Assembly (NCBI RefSeq): GCF_009914755.1
Contig: NC_060933.1
DNA: 64,000 nucleotides
Strand: one strand, 5' to 3'
Source: the human T2T-CHM13v2.0 reference genome, Homo sapiens
The number at the start of each line of letters is the position of its first letter. Positions within the stretch are counted from its first letter, which is position 1. Position numbers and translations under genes: made by a program. This document shows positions 39,140 to 54,743 of this stretch, piece after piece. The notes under the pieces are model-generated. The model searched no databases. It saw nothing but the letters and a program-made list of their open reading frames with translations, and was not told the origin of the DNA.

Positions 39140-40716
39140 AAAATCTCCTGGAAATATTAAGTGATTATAGCCAGATTATTATTCAAAACATACAAAGAAC
39201 TTTTAAAATGTAACAATTAAAAAATGAACAACTCAATTAAAAATGCTCCAAAATTTTCTAATGTGCCAAAGACTTGTACATCTGTTCACTTCACTAAAGT
39301 AGATACATAGAAGGCAAATAAATATAAAAAGATGTTCTGTATCATAAGTCATTAGGGAAATGCAAATAAAAACCACAATGAAGTACTACTACACACCTAT
39401 TAGAATGGCCAAAATCCCAAACACTGACCACATCAGATGCTGGTGGCCATGTAGAGCAGTAGAACTCTCATTCATCACTGGTGGGAATGAAAACTGGTAC
39501 AGCCATTTTGGAAGACAGTTTGGCAGTTTCCCTTAAAAAAACTAAACATACTCTTACCATATAATCCAGCAATCATGCTCCTTGGTATTTAACCAAAGGA
39601 GCTGAAAACATGCCCACATAAAAACATGCACATAAATGTTTATAGCTTCATTCATAAAACTGCCAAAACTTGGAAGCAACCAAGATGTCCTTCAGCAAGT
39701 GAATGGATAAATTGTATTACATCTAGACAATGAACTATTTCAGTACCAAAAAGTAATGATGAGGCCATGAAAAGACATGGAGGAACTTCAAATACTTATC
39801 AGGAGAAGCTAGATGGAAGAAGCCAATCTGAAAAGGCTACAAACTGTATGATTCTAACTACTGGCATTCTAGAAAAGGGAAAACTATGAAGACAGCAGAA
39901 AGATTAGTGGTTGCCAAATGGCAGGGGGAAGGGAGAAATAAATAGGCAGAGTACAGAGCATTTTTAGGGCAGTGAAACCATTTTGTACAACACTATAATG
40001 GTGAATATATAACATTTTACATTTGTCAAAACCCATCAATCATACAACCTAAAGGGTAAATCCAAATGTAAACTGGGTGATAATGATGTATATATGTAGT
40101 TTCATGAATTGTAACAAATTTGTCACTCTGGTTCCAGATGCTGATAGTGGGGAAGGCTATTCCTGCATGTGGGGTAGAAGATACAGGGGAAAATCTCTGT
40201 ACTTTCTGTTCAATCTTGCTGTGAACCTAAAATTCCTCTACAACACAAAGTATGTGTGTGTATAAAAAATTAAATAGTGGTAATGACTGTACATTTCTGT
40301 GAACACAGTAAAGTCACTGAATTGTTCATTTTAAAATGGTACTTTTTTGGTATATGAATATATCTCAATAAGCCGTTATTTTTTAAAACTCAATTTAATA
40401 TTTTCTACTTCCTTTATAGCTGGCTCTTCTGTCTCTACAGACTCTGCTTCTTTCATATCATCTTTCCTTCTCACGTTGGTCCCAACCTCTTCAAGTCACT
40501 GCCTGCCTGTGCGGGCTCCCACTGCTGCTCTGACCTTGCTGCTGCCACCACCTACCTTCCCACTGCTCAGTTATTACTACTTAGGAAAACATGGATCTTG
40601 TTCTGTCTTCTAACCTAGGGCTGAGAGGCAGGATACTAGCACTTCTAGTTTGCTTCCTGTATAACCGCATTATTTTGGCACAGAGCACTTCTGACTTTAA
40701 AAAAGAATTATTTTTG

Positions 40717-40848
40717 AGCCAGATATGGTGGCTCATGGCTGTAGTCCCAGCTCCCAGCTACTTGGAGGCTGAAGAGAGAGGATCACTGGAGCCTAGGAGT
40801 TTAAGGACAACGTGGGCAACATAGCAAGACCCTGTCTCTTAAAAAAAA
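40717..40848 (+). mobile_element. Alu monomer (FLAM_A-like)
   Basis: GGTGGCTCATGGCTGTAGTCCCAGCT...GGCAACATAGCAAGACCCTGTCTCTTAAAA. Confidence 0.8.
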
Positions 40849-41962
40849 TTCTTGATGACAAAAGGAATAAATTATCAGAAATATAAAAAATTTCACACTA
40901 ATAACACACATAATAATGAAGCCTCAAAAATAGAGAAGTATGGAATTAAAAGAAGAAATACGTAAGTTTACAATCACAGTGGGAGATATAAAAATAAGTC
41001 ATTGAGGGGAAAACAAATGCACATTTTGTTTTTCCTCTGAAATTTTTGTTTTTTTTTCCTACAAAAAAGTGAGTGGATGGTTCTTCCTTTTTTCCCCTGC
41101 CAGAGATCCATTTTGGTATATTTTTATGAGCCAACCAAGCTATACAAAATACTTTTATGACACTAGATTGGTAAGGTAATTTGATAATATATCACACAGT
41201 GTATACAATTTATATTTTACATGTATTTTTATTTTATTCTATTTAAGATAAATGTGTACCTTAAAATAAAAGTTTAATATATTTCAATTTTCCCCAGAAT
41301 TCCCAAATTACATAAACGGGTTATTCCTACCCAAGTGATCTCAGTGTTGACAAAAAATTTTATGTCCGTGGTTAGGTACAAATGTTTATGATGTTAAAAT
41401 GTTGGTATTATTTTTTCAGTGTATTCAGAATTGACAAACTTTATAAAACGTGAAACTATGCAGATAATATAATTGAAAAACAAAAAATCTGCATGCTAAA
41501 ATATCCACTTATAAAATATAAATGTTATACACTACAATTGGGGGGAAAGATTCCTTAAGGAGGACATGATAAAAGACAAATTTTAAAAGATTGATAAATT
41601 CAATGTAGTGAAAAGGCAAGTCATGAAGCAGCAGAAGTTATTTGAAAACAGTGAACTTAACAACGGACGTGCATCACTGATTTATAAAGAATTCCTCTAT
41701 ATTAATAATAAAAAGGGCAGATCAACAGAAAACTGACATAGAATTAAATAAGCACTTCAAAAATATTTCCCATGGCAAAGTACTCAATCTGATTTTAATT
41801 AGGGAAAAACAAATTCACACCACAATGATATGCTACTATACACCCACCTGAATGTCTGAAATTTAAAAGCTGATCTACGCTGTCTAAGGTATGGATCAAA
41901 TAGAACACATACACACTGTTGGTGGGAGTGCCAACTCTTCCAATGTTTAAACTGTTTGGCAG

Positions 41963-42412
41963 TGTCATTGGGCTGAATAGTGACTCTGAGAAAGGTATGT
42001 CTATGCCCTAACCCCAGAACTTGTGAATGCAATCTTATTTATCAAGAGGGTCTTTGCTGTAAGGATCTTGAGATGAAATCATCTTAGATTATGTGGGTGG
42101 GCCTTAAATCTCACCCACACTTGTAGGACAAGTCCTTAGAAGACACAGAAGAGGAGAAGGTGGATACAGAGGAGAAGGCCATGTGAAGACAGAGTCAGAG
42201 ATAGGAGTTGTGCAGCCACAAGGAATGCCAACAGTCACCAGAAGCTGGAAGAGAAAAAGAAGAGATTCTCCCCTAGAGCCTTCGGAGGAATTTTAGCCCT
42301 GCCAACACCTTGATTTCAGACTTCTAACCTCCAGAACCGGGGAGAATAAGTTTCTGTTGTAACCCACAGTGTTTCTGGTGCTTTGTTTCAAGAGTCCTAG
42401 GAAGCTAATACA
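41963..42412 (+). mobile_element. MLT1B/C-type solo LTR nested in an old L1M
   Basis: TG...CA termini, GGCCATGTGAAGACAGAG, GCCAACACCTTGATTTCAGACTTC, perfect 5-bp TSD GGCAG. Confidence 0.85.
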
Positions 42413-43034
42413 GGCAGTATCTACCACAGTTGAACATATGTATTCCCTGTGAACCATCAGAGGGAGCTGCTGATAATATCTATTTATTGTGGCAGATGGT
42501 GACTACATGGATGTGTTCACTTTGTGACAATTCATCAAGCTGAATACTTATAATCTGTATACTTTTCTATACATGTATATGCCAATAAAAACATTATTAA
42601 AAACAATAACAATACTGTCAGTATCTGACAGTTCCTGTCAGTTAACTGATCATGCAGACAATAAATTAAAATTTAAATCATTCAATTAGATAGTTTGTTA
42701 TAAAAGACATAATACAGAATTTTGTACCCCAAAATATGAAATCACAATTTGAAGCAATTGTGAAGTACTTATTTGACGGGCTGATCTTAAAATTCAAATA
42801 GAAGAGTAAAGGACAGACAATAACCAAGAAAACTCCAAAGAACTAGATGGACAGATTTCATCTACTAGATATTAAGATTATTGTAACTAGTGATTTGATA
42901 ACTTTTATACTGGTATAGCAGAAGCAGATCAACCAAATAGCCCAGAGAAAGACTCGTGCATATAATAAAACTTGATACATGTCACATGTGTCATTAATAT
43001 CAATGGGAAGGAGCACAATTAGAAGAGTTAACAA

Positions 43035-43309
43035 GCCAGGCGCGGTGGCTCACGCCTGTAATCCCAGCACTTTGGGAGGCTGAGGCGGGCAGATCGCGAG
43101 GTCATGAGATCGAGACCATCCTGGCTAACACGGTGAAACCCAGTCTCTACTAAAAATACAAAAAAATTAGCTGGGCGTGGTGGCGGGTGCCTGTAGTCCC
43201 AGCTACTTGGCAAGCTGAGGCAGGAGAATGGCGTGAACCCGGAAGGCAGAGCTTGCAGCGAGCCGAGATGGTGACAGAGTGAGACTCTGTCTCAAAAAAA
43301 AAAAAAAAA
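43035..43309 (+). mobile_element. AluY with ~22-bp right-arm deletion
   Basis: GAGAT|GGTGACAGAG lacks CGCGCCACTGCACTCCAGCCTG. TSD AGAAGAGTTAACAA at 43021-43034 and 43310-43323. Confidence 0.93.
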
Positions 43310-43589
43310 AGAAGAGTTAACAAATTAAAAAATACATCTGCTTAAAGGCCTCAGAGAACTAAGAGGTAGTGAAGAATTACCAGGCCAAGGTTTGGGAAAG
43401 AACAGGTCTAGAGAAGTGGGCCCAGTATTCGGGGTCAATTTTCCCACGGAGATATTTGCTGATTCTGGAAGCAGCAGCTGAGAGGCTGAAGGGATGGGAC
43501 TCCAGTGAAGCATCTTTGCATTGCACTATAGCTATTCACCAGGAAGATATGCCTGAGTAAAAAGGCACAGCTCAGCTACCTAGTCACCA

Positions 43590-45600
43590 GAAGGCTAAAA
43601 TGGAACAGACGGATAATGCCAAGGGTTGACAAAGATGTGAAATGAGAGGAACTTTCAGACATTGCTGAGAGGGTAAATTTGCTCATTTATTGTGGAAAAA
43701 TACTTTGGTTTTATCTATTAAATCTGAAGGTATGCTTACTCTATGTGCTTGTAATACTACTACTAGGTACATATACACCAGATATGTACACCTATGTGCA
43801 ACAAGAGACACACAACTGAGTATTCACATCAGCATTATTTGTAATAGCCCCAAATTGGAAACACATCCAGAAAGTCCATAAATAGTAAAATGGGTAAGTA
43901 AATTGTGGAATTTTCATGCAACAGAATACTACACGACAGTATAAATGAGTGAATTACATAGAATGCATATACCTTACAGACATAATATTGAGCAAAAGAA
44001 TCTAGACACAAAAGAAAATACACTCTTTGCTATTCTTTATAAAAAAGTTTAAAATAACATACTGTCTACGCAAGGTTAAAAAAATACACTACTTGATTCT
44101 CTTTGTATAAAAGTTAAACACAAGTTAAAACTAAACAATGGTATTTAGGGAAGCATATTTAAGTGTTAAAACTGAAAAGAACGGGGAGGGGAAAAAACTA
44201 ACAAGAAAAGGAAAATAATTACCTGAGTGAATAGTGGCTACCTGGTAGGAGAGGGCACTTGCAGGCATCAATGGTCTTGGCAAAGTTCTGTTTCTTGACA
44301 GGGGTGTTAAACAGATGTTTGCTTTTGTGATAAACCACTGCTGTATATTTTTTGTGTACTCTTCTTTATGTGTGTGTATTTCACAATTAAAAAGGTAAAA
44401 ATAGTGGAGAAAAGATGGATGAACTTACCATTCAATAAATGGTATTGGCACAACTGATAGAAGAATAGCAAGGAAATATTAAATCCTTACTTCCTACCAT
44501 GCACAAAATCAATTATATGTATGCAGGAAGCCTATGAAAAGCAAAACCTTATAAATTTTACTAGAAAATAAGAGATTATATCTTCATATTCTTAGGGAAG
44601 AAAAAGAATTCTTGAAGAAAACACAGAAATATAACCAATAAAAGAAATGAGTGAGTTGATCACATTAAATTAAAACGCTTCTGCTGGCCAGGCATGGTGG
44701 CTCACGCCTGTTATCCCAGCACTTTGGGAGGCCGAGGCAGGTGGATGACCTGAGGTCAGGTGTTCAAGACCAGCCTGGCCAACATGGTGAAACCCCACCT
44801 CTACTAAAAATACAAAAATTAGCCGGGCATGGTGGCGCGTGCCTGTAATCCCAGCTACTTGGGAGGCTGAGACAGGAGAGTCGCTCGAACCCGGGAGGCA
44901 GAGGCTGCAAGTGAGACAAGATCATGCCACCGCACTCCAGCCTGGGCAACAAGAGTGAAACTCTGTCTCAAAAAACAAAACAAGACAAAACAAAACACAC
45001 CCAAAACCCTTCTGCAAAATAAACAAAATGAAAACGACAAACCATGTAGTGACAGATAATTTCCATATGTGTAACAGTATTTCCAGAAGACATTTTCAAT
45101 TGTGTATATATCAAAAACAAAAAGAAAACTCCTTAGGGGTTGGGGTGAGAGGGAGACCAAGCAAGACTAGGAAAAGGTAATGTGCATTACAAACAACCCA
45201 ACTGGCTAAGGAGCATGTGAAACACAGCAGGGAATAGTCACGTAATAGAGTGACATGGTAGTTTAAATAAATGAAACAGAGTCATGTGTAGCAACATGAA
45301 AAAAAATCTCAACAACAATGCTAAGTGAAAAAAGACCAAATTGCAAAATGAAACCATTTTAATAAAATGTATAATCATGCATAATATTTAGAATCCAGTA
45401 TTGCTCAGTGACACATACACATGTAGTAAAAGAGTGAAAAACTATGCCTAGGAATGATAAATGCCAACATGAGGCCAGTGGCTTCTGGGGAAGGAGAGAA
45501 ATGAATCAGGGAGGGCTACACATAGTCTTTAATTTTATCTGTATCATTTTACTTGTGTGAAAAATGAAAATTGGAAGCAGGTAGGTCATTATTTTAAGTT
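43590..45600 (+). mobile_element. Degenerate L1ME fragments
   Basis: GCATTATTTGTAATAGCCCCAAATTGGAAAC, TTCAATAAATGGTATTGG and 3' end motifs. Confidence 0.6.
44686..45002 (+). mobile_element. AluSq/Sp-like
   Basis: GGCAACAAGAGTGAAACTC. TSD AAAACGCTTCTGC / AAAACCCTTCTGC. Confidence 0.93.
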
Positions 45601-48600
45601 CTCTATAATTATATACTCTTTTCTCTCACTCAAACAGTTTATAGAAATAGAAGTAAACAAAACCCATTTTCCAAGCTATTCTAAGTTTTATTCTTGTTTC
45701 AAACTGTGTATTTAGACCACACGGTATAAGCCTATCACACGCTTTTATGTTATGGCACTGTCACTGAGGGAAGCTAAAGAAACAGCCCTTATGAATTCTA
45801 ACACTTGGTTCCCTCGAGGGATATTATCATGAATCTGATTTACTTCCTTCCATGGCATCTCCTTCTCAAGCTGCAGGAGAAGTCACTTGGGGCTCAGTAC
45901 CTGAAGAAGCTAATTTGAGTAACTATTTCTTTTTTATGTTAAGGACACAGTGACTCTTGCAATAGGCCGTGATTATCTCCTTTCATTGGTTGCTAAGAGA
46001 TGCTTGATTAAATCTGTGGCCTACCATTAGGAAAGGTACACAATTGTATGGTTCTTATTTTAATTCTTAATCTCACCATCCAATCCTTACTGTCCTTTCA
46101 TCCAGATTTTTCATGTGATTTATTTTATCCCACTGGGCATGGAATATATGGCTACACACAAAATAACATATAACCATAAAAATAAATTTTGACAAATTTA
46201 ATTACATTAAAACTTATAACTTCAGTTCATCAAAAGATACCATGAGGAGAATAAATGGCAAGCTACAAAGTGGAAGAAGATATTTGTATACATATACAAA
46301 AGGCTCACATCCAAAGAAAATAAGAAACCCCTATAAATTAGTAAGAAAAAGATAACCCAAAGGAAAAATGGACAAAGTTGGTAAATGGTAGAGCTAAAAT
46401 TCTCAAACTGAAGGCTTATTTTATTTTACCTTAAAAAAAGTATCATTTAAATTATTATTTCTAATGCTATTACCTAGTGACAATGACAATCACTGTTTAC
46501 ACCTTAGCCTTGGTAGAAAATCTTCCAAATTCTTTTCTTTTTTGCAGAGGGGTGAATAACCATCCAAATAATAATTTTATATTCATAATTAGTTGTAATT
46601 ACAAATATTGCATTATATTAAATACACTATTCCACAATCGGCCTTTTTCACATAATTCATCTTTTAAAAAAGCTATTGCATAGATTATACTGTATAAATT
46701 CAATGTAAATTCTTTAAAACCTTTCCAATTTATATGCATACAAAAAGTGTTCATGTGTGTCTGCTTCCCTATACCCGGATCAGCACTAACTCCAGGTCTC
46801 TGGTTCAAACTCATAATTGGGTAATCAGAAAACTTCCTTCTAGCGTAAGGGAAGCAAGGAGAACAAAGAGATGAAGAAGGAGTACAATAATGAGGGAAGA
46901 AAAAAAAGCCAAAGAATGAAAGGTGAGAGAAGGAGTTTAAAAAAGGGACAAGTGACTGAAAATGAACAAAGTAATGAGGAAAGAGGAAAGAGGTTAAATA
47001 TTAAAATGCTAGGCATCTTTCAGGAATAGCCTTATGAATCAGGTCATGAATCCAAGCCAAGTGTACCAAAGGCCTAATTTGATTAAGATTCGATAAAGGC
47101 GGGCTTGATTCAATTCAATTAACGATCAGAGACCAGATATCTTAACCTAAGCTTTTACTTTTAACTACTTATAAATGTTCTTTAGGTCTTTCCTTTGCGA
47201 TTTGAGTTTTTTTCTCCTCAATTTTTAGTCAGGTTTTCCCCGCAAAGCTGAATGTTATCTGAAGAAAATTCCCAAAAGCTCACTCAACAATTTTTAGAGC
47301 AGAACAAAGTACATGTTTCACACTTTTAAAGAAAATGTTCAAATTTTGATTGCAGCTGAGTAACTTCAAAATGGCTTCATTTTAAAACCTACCAGAAGAG
47401 ACGGATCCAAAGGAAATGCATATTTTAGACTAATTGTTTAAAGATAGTTCAAAGTCAAATGAGCAATACAGGAACTCTAAATGACTGGTAAAGGATCTCT
47501 GGCTGGTCTACTACTACCAATTGGTGTAAGAAGAGCTTAGAGGTAGAGGAGAGTTATTTCAACTCCTTCATGAAAGGGCAGGATTTTCATTCTACTTCCA
47601 CCCTCTTTGCTGCCTTATAGCTCCTCTTGCTTTTTCTTTAAGTTTGTCTCTAACATCTAGAAGACACTATGAGGGAAGGGAAAGAAAGCTGGTCTGGAAG
47701 GGCAGGGGACCTGGCCTTCAGTGACCTTGGCCACAGGCCTTCATCTCTTCATTCCTGTAACCTCATCGTTATGACGCACACCAGCAAACCTGATCTGTCC
47801 CCGCCACGGTGAGGTCAGCTGGTAGATTCTGATGAGTAGCAGCTTCAGCAAGTTTTGGGTATAAAGTGCTAAGGTATTATAAACGTCTATGCTTTCCTTT
47901 TATCAATTGAGCAACTTCAAAAATCAGGTTTGAAGGATGAATACATGTTTATGGAAACCAAGGTCAGGGAATCCACCTTGATCAAGGAGGGCCTAGGGTA
48001 GGGAGAACTATCTTGACGTTTTAATAAAATGATAACATAATTCCTCATGACCATTTCAAGATGATTAATAAATTCAAAGCTCACATTCAAAGAGGACATG
48101 GAGGAGAAAAAGGTCTCAGTCTTTGAGATTCTATAAAGAGCTTAGCCTGGAAGACAGTCATTGAGACAATGTCTGAGAAAACATCTTTGTAGTAGTGCTC
48201 AGATATTCATGAAACAGAAAATCAGAAAAATAAAGATTAAAAGGCAGTGTTTGGATACACACTGATAAACTAAAATATGTTATAAGCATGTCTTATTGTG
48301 TGCTTTGGGCTTTCAGGAGCACTGAAATAACATACCCATGAAAGGATTACAGCAGAATAGTGGATTCCATGCTGGTGTGTTATCACAGGGAAAATAAGAC
48401 AGCAAAGGGAATACACACATCAATAAGACAGTAAAGGGAATACGCAAATCAACACAGCTCTACCACCCTGGGTATTCTAGCCACTATTTGATAATGTATT
48501 TCCTTCTTTGAAGGAAAAAAGAAATTCATTCCCCAAACAATAGAAAGGCTGAGAATCTAGGCAGACAAAAGCAGACCTACATAAAATTATGAAGATTTAT

Positions 48601-51387
48601 AAGGTTTTAGAAATATTAAAAAGCAAAAGCAATAATCTAAAATGCTTCCCTTAGCTGCTTTTGTCTGTGGTCTGCAATGCATTTTCCACAGTTTCCTGGG
48701 ATAGAAAGAAAAGCTGTCAGAATCCATTCCTAGGTTTTTCTCACAAATATATACCAAGGGAGGGAGGCACAACAAAGTCTGCTTTGGATTAAAGTTATGA
48801 ACATCAGACTTCTAAACCAAGAACAAAATGTTTCTGGAGTTTATTTCAGTTTTGTCTCACCAAAACCAAAAAATCTGGGGAAACTAGAATTCTGTAGTTC
48901 TGAATTTTCTTAATGATTAAGGAAGCTGAGAGGCAATGACATTATCATACATTAGTACAACTGGGGAAAAAAAGGGGTAATGCGACTACATCCCAACATT
49001 AAAAAATATTTTTTGACAGTACTTCCTAATTACAGACAGTGATAGCTGTGGCTAATATGGATGAAGGAATTAATGAACAGCACTTTTCTCATGATCCCAT
49101 ACTATCATCAGGCTTGACTAGAGGTCTCAGAAAGGAACACTGTACAAGTTGACTTTCATCTTATAGAATTACCTAGACTTTCAAAAGATTCACAAGTGAT
49201 TAGGGAGTCCTAATGAAAAAATGATAGCTTTATTATTTTAATTTGTAATTATTTAAAAGTAGCATAAGACATCACCACAGGAATCAAAGGAACTGGGACA
49301 ATATTTTTAGACGTTCTTAGTACCTGTACATTGAATGTCAAGTTACTGTGGGAACTTTAATTATGACACATGATAATAAAAACGATGCCATTTTATTCTA
49401 ATTAACATAATATACTTTTATATAAAAATCTAGTCACTATTAGCTATGTCTGAGGAAAAATGGAATAAATGATCTGTAATGTTCAGATAACTGAAGAACC
49501 AGATTCAATTCGGTTGAACTGAATTAGCTGATGAGTTGCCAAAGGATTCTACTTTCTTTTCTATTTTGATAATTTTGAAGTGGTAAATTGATAAGTATTA
49601 CATCATGACATATACTTCTTCATATATATATAATGCATTTATCTTGTGGAAAATGTGTATTGATAAACACTTGTCCTCCTCTAGCTATAATGTAAACATC
49701 AGAAATAAATTCACATTTGCTTCTTACATCTCTTGTGTAATTGATAAATGCAAATTTTATTTTACTGGATGGCAAATTAAAGAAGAGAAATGACAACCTA
49801 CATAACAAAGGCTTACCTTTCCCCCTATGGCTTATTCTGACCAAAAGCATATCTTGTTTATAAGGTCTTCTAGGGCAGAGTTGATTTTTTTCCCCATTTT
49901 TGTGTCTTTTTAGATACTCTGGTACCCAGCATATAGTAGGGAAGCCCTCAAAATATTTTTTTGTCTTGACACAACATTCAAAAAAATCAGAAGTGTTAGA
50001 ATAGATCTGCTCCCAAAATATGCAGTATGTTTAAAATACTACATCCAGGGATTATGTAACAAACAAGCACAGACATAAAGATATACAGATAAAGATATCA
50101 TAGCTAAAATTCTGACAGTAACTGCCTTGTATCTTGGTAACTTACTGTCATATATTGTAGCATGCTTTTAGGCACTTTGCTTTAGAGTTATTGGGGGCAA
50201 CTGATTGATAAACAAGCCTCATTCTTAAACAGAAGTTATTTGGTTAACTCCAAAGCCAATATACTTGTAACTCAGGAATGATTCCGAAATGCATGAACAG
50301 GTGACTCTCGGTTCTATATAGACATTGGTTCACGGAAACTTTATCAATCCTATACATAAAAGAAATACTATAGGAGCTTGGATATGTATTTTAATGGAGA
50401 TATTAATACTGGCAGAAAAATATTTAAAAGAACCAGTCAGGAATTCTTGTGTACCTAAAAAATGTACTGTATTAAAAGCATAATATGCTAGATCCTATTT
50501 TAGTCAGCAAACGGGGATCTCTCACTTCCTTCTTTTTTGCTACCCTATTATTGGGATATTTAATATTTATTATTAACCTACCACACTGCAATCTCTGCCT
50601 CTAACAGGATATCAATGGTGTCTTCCCCGTTCCCCCAACACACACATACACATGCACACAACTACAGCTCAGAAGTACAGATTTCTACATCCCTTAATAT
50701 ATTCCATAATCGATTCATCGTCAGGTCTTTACCATCCTGAAAATCCACATTTACACCTATTAAGTTTCCCTGTAACAGGGAGGAGATAACAATACTGAAA
50801 TTGTTCTCCAGACAGGCATATTAAGGATACTTCTTCAACTGCTCACTGCTTAATAGAGACAAAATTATGCAACAGCCTAGAGAATTCTATAAGAGCAGAA
50901 AGGCCGCATCACCAAGATATTCCATGGTTCATAATGAACTGATTTAGAGCCCAGCTGCGAAGTCATTCACATTTGCCAAGAGAGATTTTGAGTACTCTTT
51001 GGGACACACCCATCACACAAACAATGATTTAAACAAAATGAAAACAAAACAAAACAGGATGACTCACTCCAACACTCCCAGTTCTATCCTGTAGGAGGAA
51101 GACTATAAAATGATCTGATGATTAGCCTAGGATTTCCATGTTATTTTCATTTTCAGAAGCTCTGCATAGTGTTAAAAAGTATCAAATAGGCTCTAATTAG
51201 ATTTGAACACAAAGACCTGCTCACACATCTGACAGAAGAGCTTACCACAGGATTATTTTTGGTTATTTTAAAAGTCCTAAAATCAAATTTCAAGAAAGCA
51301 AAGAAGTAAGTTCACTCCATTCCCCACACCCTACTTTCTATCATTTACTTGTATCAGATAATAAAATGATAATCCATTGCCTGTCTA

Positions 51388-51537
<150 letters not shown>

Positions 51538-53975
51538 TTAACAATACTCATATTAATAACATATAAAGTAAAACTAAAAAGTCAACATAAATATAGCACT
51601 ACTTACAAACTTAGGGAAAATATTCTCTTGAATGACGATGATCATCCAAGTCAATTCAATTAATACTTATTGAATAATTACTAATTTCTTATTACCTAAT
51701 ATTCAAAGTTAAAACATTCTGGGTAACACATCATGATGGTTTTAAGAAAGTTACCAGTGTGTACGAAAACTGTAACACTGTAAAAAACATCCTTATCTGT
51801 GCCAAGCAAAATGGTATTTTATTTAATGAAGCACTGAAGAGTCCAAAACTGAATGAGTTTTGTGTTAAGCCCTACTGGCAAATACTGAACTTCAGTTTCT
51901 TTTCCTATAAAATCGGAAAAAAGATCCTCATGTATTTCTTATGGATGCTAGATATGACTACAAGTATACTTAAAATATGTGAGATGCTATACAATTCAAT
52001 ATGGGTGGTATGATGCTTCCACTAAATGCAGATACGACCCCACTCATCCTTTATCAGCAGGGTCGGCATGTTGGGCATTTTTTTCTTCCCAATATTGATA
52101 AGAATTTGGCACAGGTCCAGTCATGTCAGGTCACTTACTTGAAATAAAGTGTGAGTGAATGAAGATACTACAAGGTACAAGACGGAGGCCATCATGTGAA
52201 CCATTTCAATCATTTGTTTTTAACACATCAATTCTGTGCTGAATTACTGCTCAGAAACCAACACTGACATCAATTAATTTGAGTGACAATGTATGTCTGA
52301 AAATATCTAGCAATGCTTGGCACTGAGTCAAAGTTTCTCCAAATTGTTGAATCCGTATCTTGAATGAAATGTATACAATGTTCACAGGAAAAAAATAGTC
52401 TCAGAGAATGAGCGGTTTAGGTACAAAAATTTGAAAGTAGGGCTCTTTAAACATTTGTTTAAAATTGCAGTTGCTCCTGGTGTTTTCCTGCCTCCTGACA
52501 TTAAACCTAAACAAGAACTAAGATCTTCTAAGTGACTACTCGTAAGCCTAGTAAGGCACAGGAGAGAGATCTAAGGGGCAAAACAATGCATTCAGGGAGA
52601 TCCACGTACTATGGACATCAAAGCCAGAATTCTTAGATCTTCGGAAGTATTAAAATGCTGGCTCTTCCCTAATGCCAAGGTGTGAATAATACGCTACTAA
52701 TTTACGTGAAATCCTCATTCCATGAAACTCTGTCACACTGGGCCGTAAAAGATGCTTCTGATGGTGGTGGAAAATTATACTTCTAAGTCATTACTTTTAC
52801 TGTAGTGGCAAAAAATGTACTTCAAAAGCCAGTGTACAAAACGTGGAAAAAACAACATGTAATTGTAATCTGGTTTCAGAATCCACTAATTGCGAAGCAA
52901 TAAGGAGATGAAAATCCCCATGAAATGCTATGTTTTCTAAAAATATTTTGTAACATGGAGGAAGGAAATCTGGGTGTCTCAAATTAAAGATTTCTAAATA
53001 CCATAGACTTAAAACGTAAGTAATATAGAATGCTGGAGCTACAAGGAACCCTGAGGATCATCTAATGCAATACAACCATTTTATAGATTAAAAAACTGAG
53101 GCTCAGAAATAGTTTCAAAATGCCACCTACTTTGTGGCAATATCTATTAGAACAATGTATGGCAGCCAGATTTGACCTCAGGTACAGAGGCCGATTAGAA
53201 GAAAACACAGTGTCACGGCAAGGAATGAAGGTGGGCCTGCTAATCAGAATCACTTGGCAGAGTGACACAGGAGATAATAACTTCTGCTTCATAACCAATA
53301 TTGCACACATCCATCTTCAATGGGGTGGGCGCTCCTAGAAAATCAACTCTCCACACTCCAAGACACATTCTCATTTCTCAAAGCACCATGTAGTTTGTAT
53401 TCTAACTAAAAGTACAACTGAGTGATTGCATAATAAGAGACTGAATGAAAGTACATCAGTATTGTTTATTTTTTCTCATCCTAAAAACAAAACAACAGAA
53501 TGCTTCTGCTGAAGTATTATCCAGACAGAACAGCAGCAGTGAGAGATGAGGTAATAAATTTTCATTCTATTTTGCTAGGTAAATACAGACTAGGTTAATT
53601 AACCCATTTTCAAAATCATGTATTTCAAAATTTTTCAAGCAACATATTTTATGAATACAAAACATCACATATTTTTCTTGCTACTGAAAAATTTTGCATT
53701 GGTACCAGAGGACGTGGGGAAAACACCAGCATGAAAACTTCTGACACTACTTAATTTCTGTGATTGACAGCATCATATGATCATTCATAGCTTACATAAT
53801 TCTAAAAACATATCCATTGTCCTTACAGTTAAAATGATTGCCCAAAAAATTACAGTTAAGACCAATGGTTTACTAACCGATTTTACTCAACCACAAGCAA
53901 AACTAAGATTTTATTGATTTCTTAGTGATTTAAATTGAAATGCCAAATGTTCTAGTACAAGTACATCTCTCTCTC

Positions 53976-54327
<352 letters not shown>

Positions 54328-54455
54328 TAATGATAATAATTGGTATAAAGCCTATCTTGTTTTGAAGCCTACACATGATTCCAGTATTTATAGAGTTTAC
54401 CAAATGTACTCAAGGCATAAAAGCTGGGAAATAGGTTTCATGGACTCAGTTACTA

Positions 54456-54743
<288 letters not shown>

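Larger units (their letters stand above)
32930..40330 (+). mobile_element. Cluster of old L1M fragments (ORF2 EN/RT remnants and 3' ends) with nested insertions
   Basis: A-rich strand with decayed ORF2 motifs, e.g. 36106-36360 reading GHKRHLNKFKRMKII...NTWKLNN and ATGAGGCCAGCATTAACTTAATACCAAAACCAGACAAAG. Confidence 0.85.
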
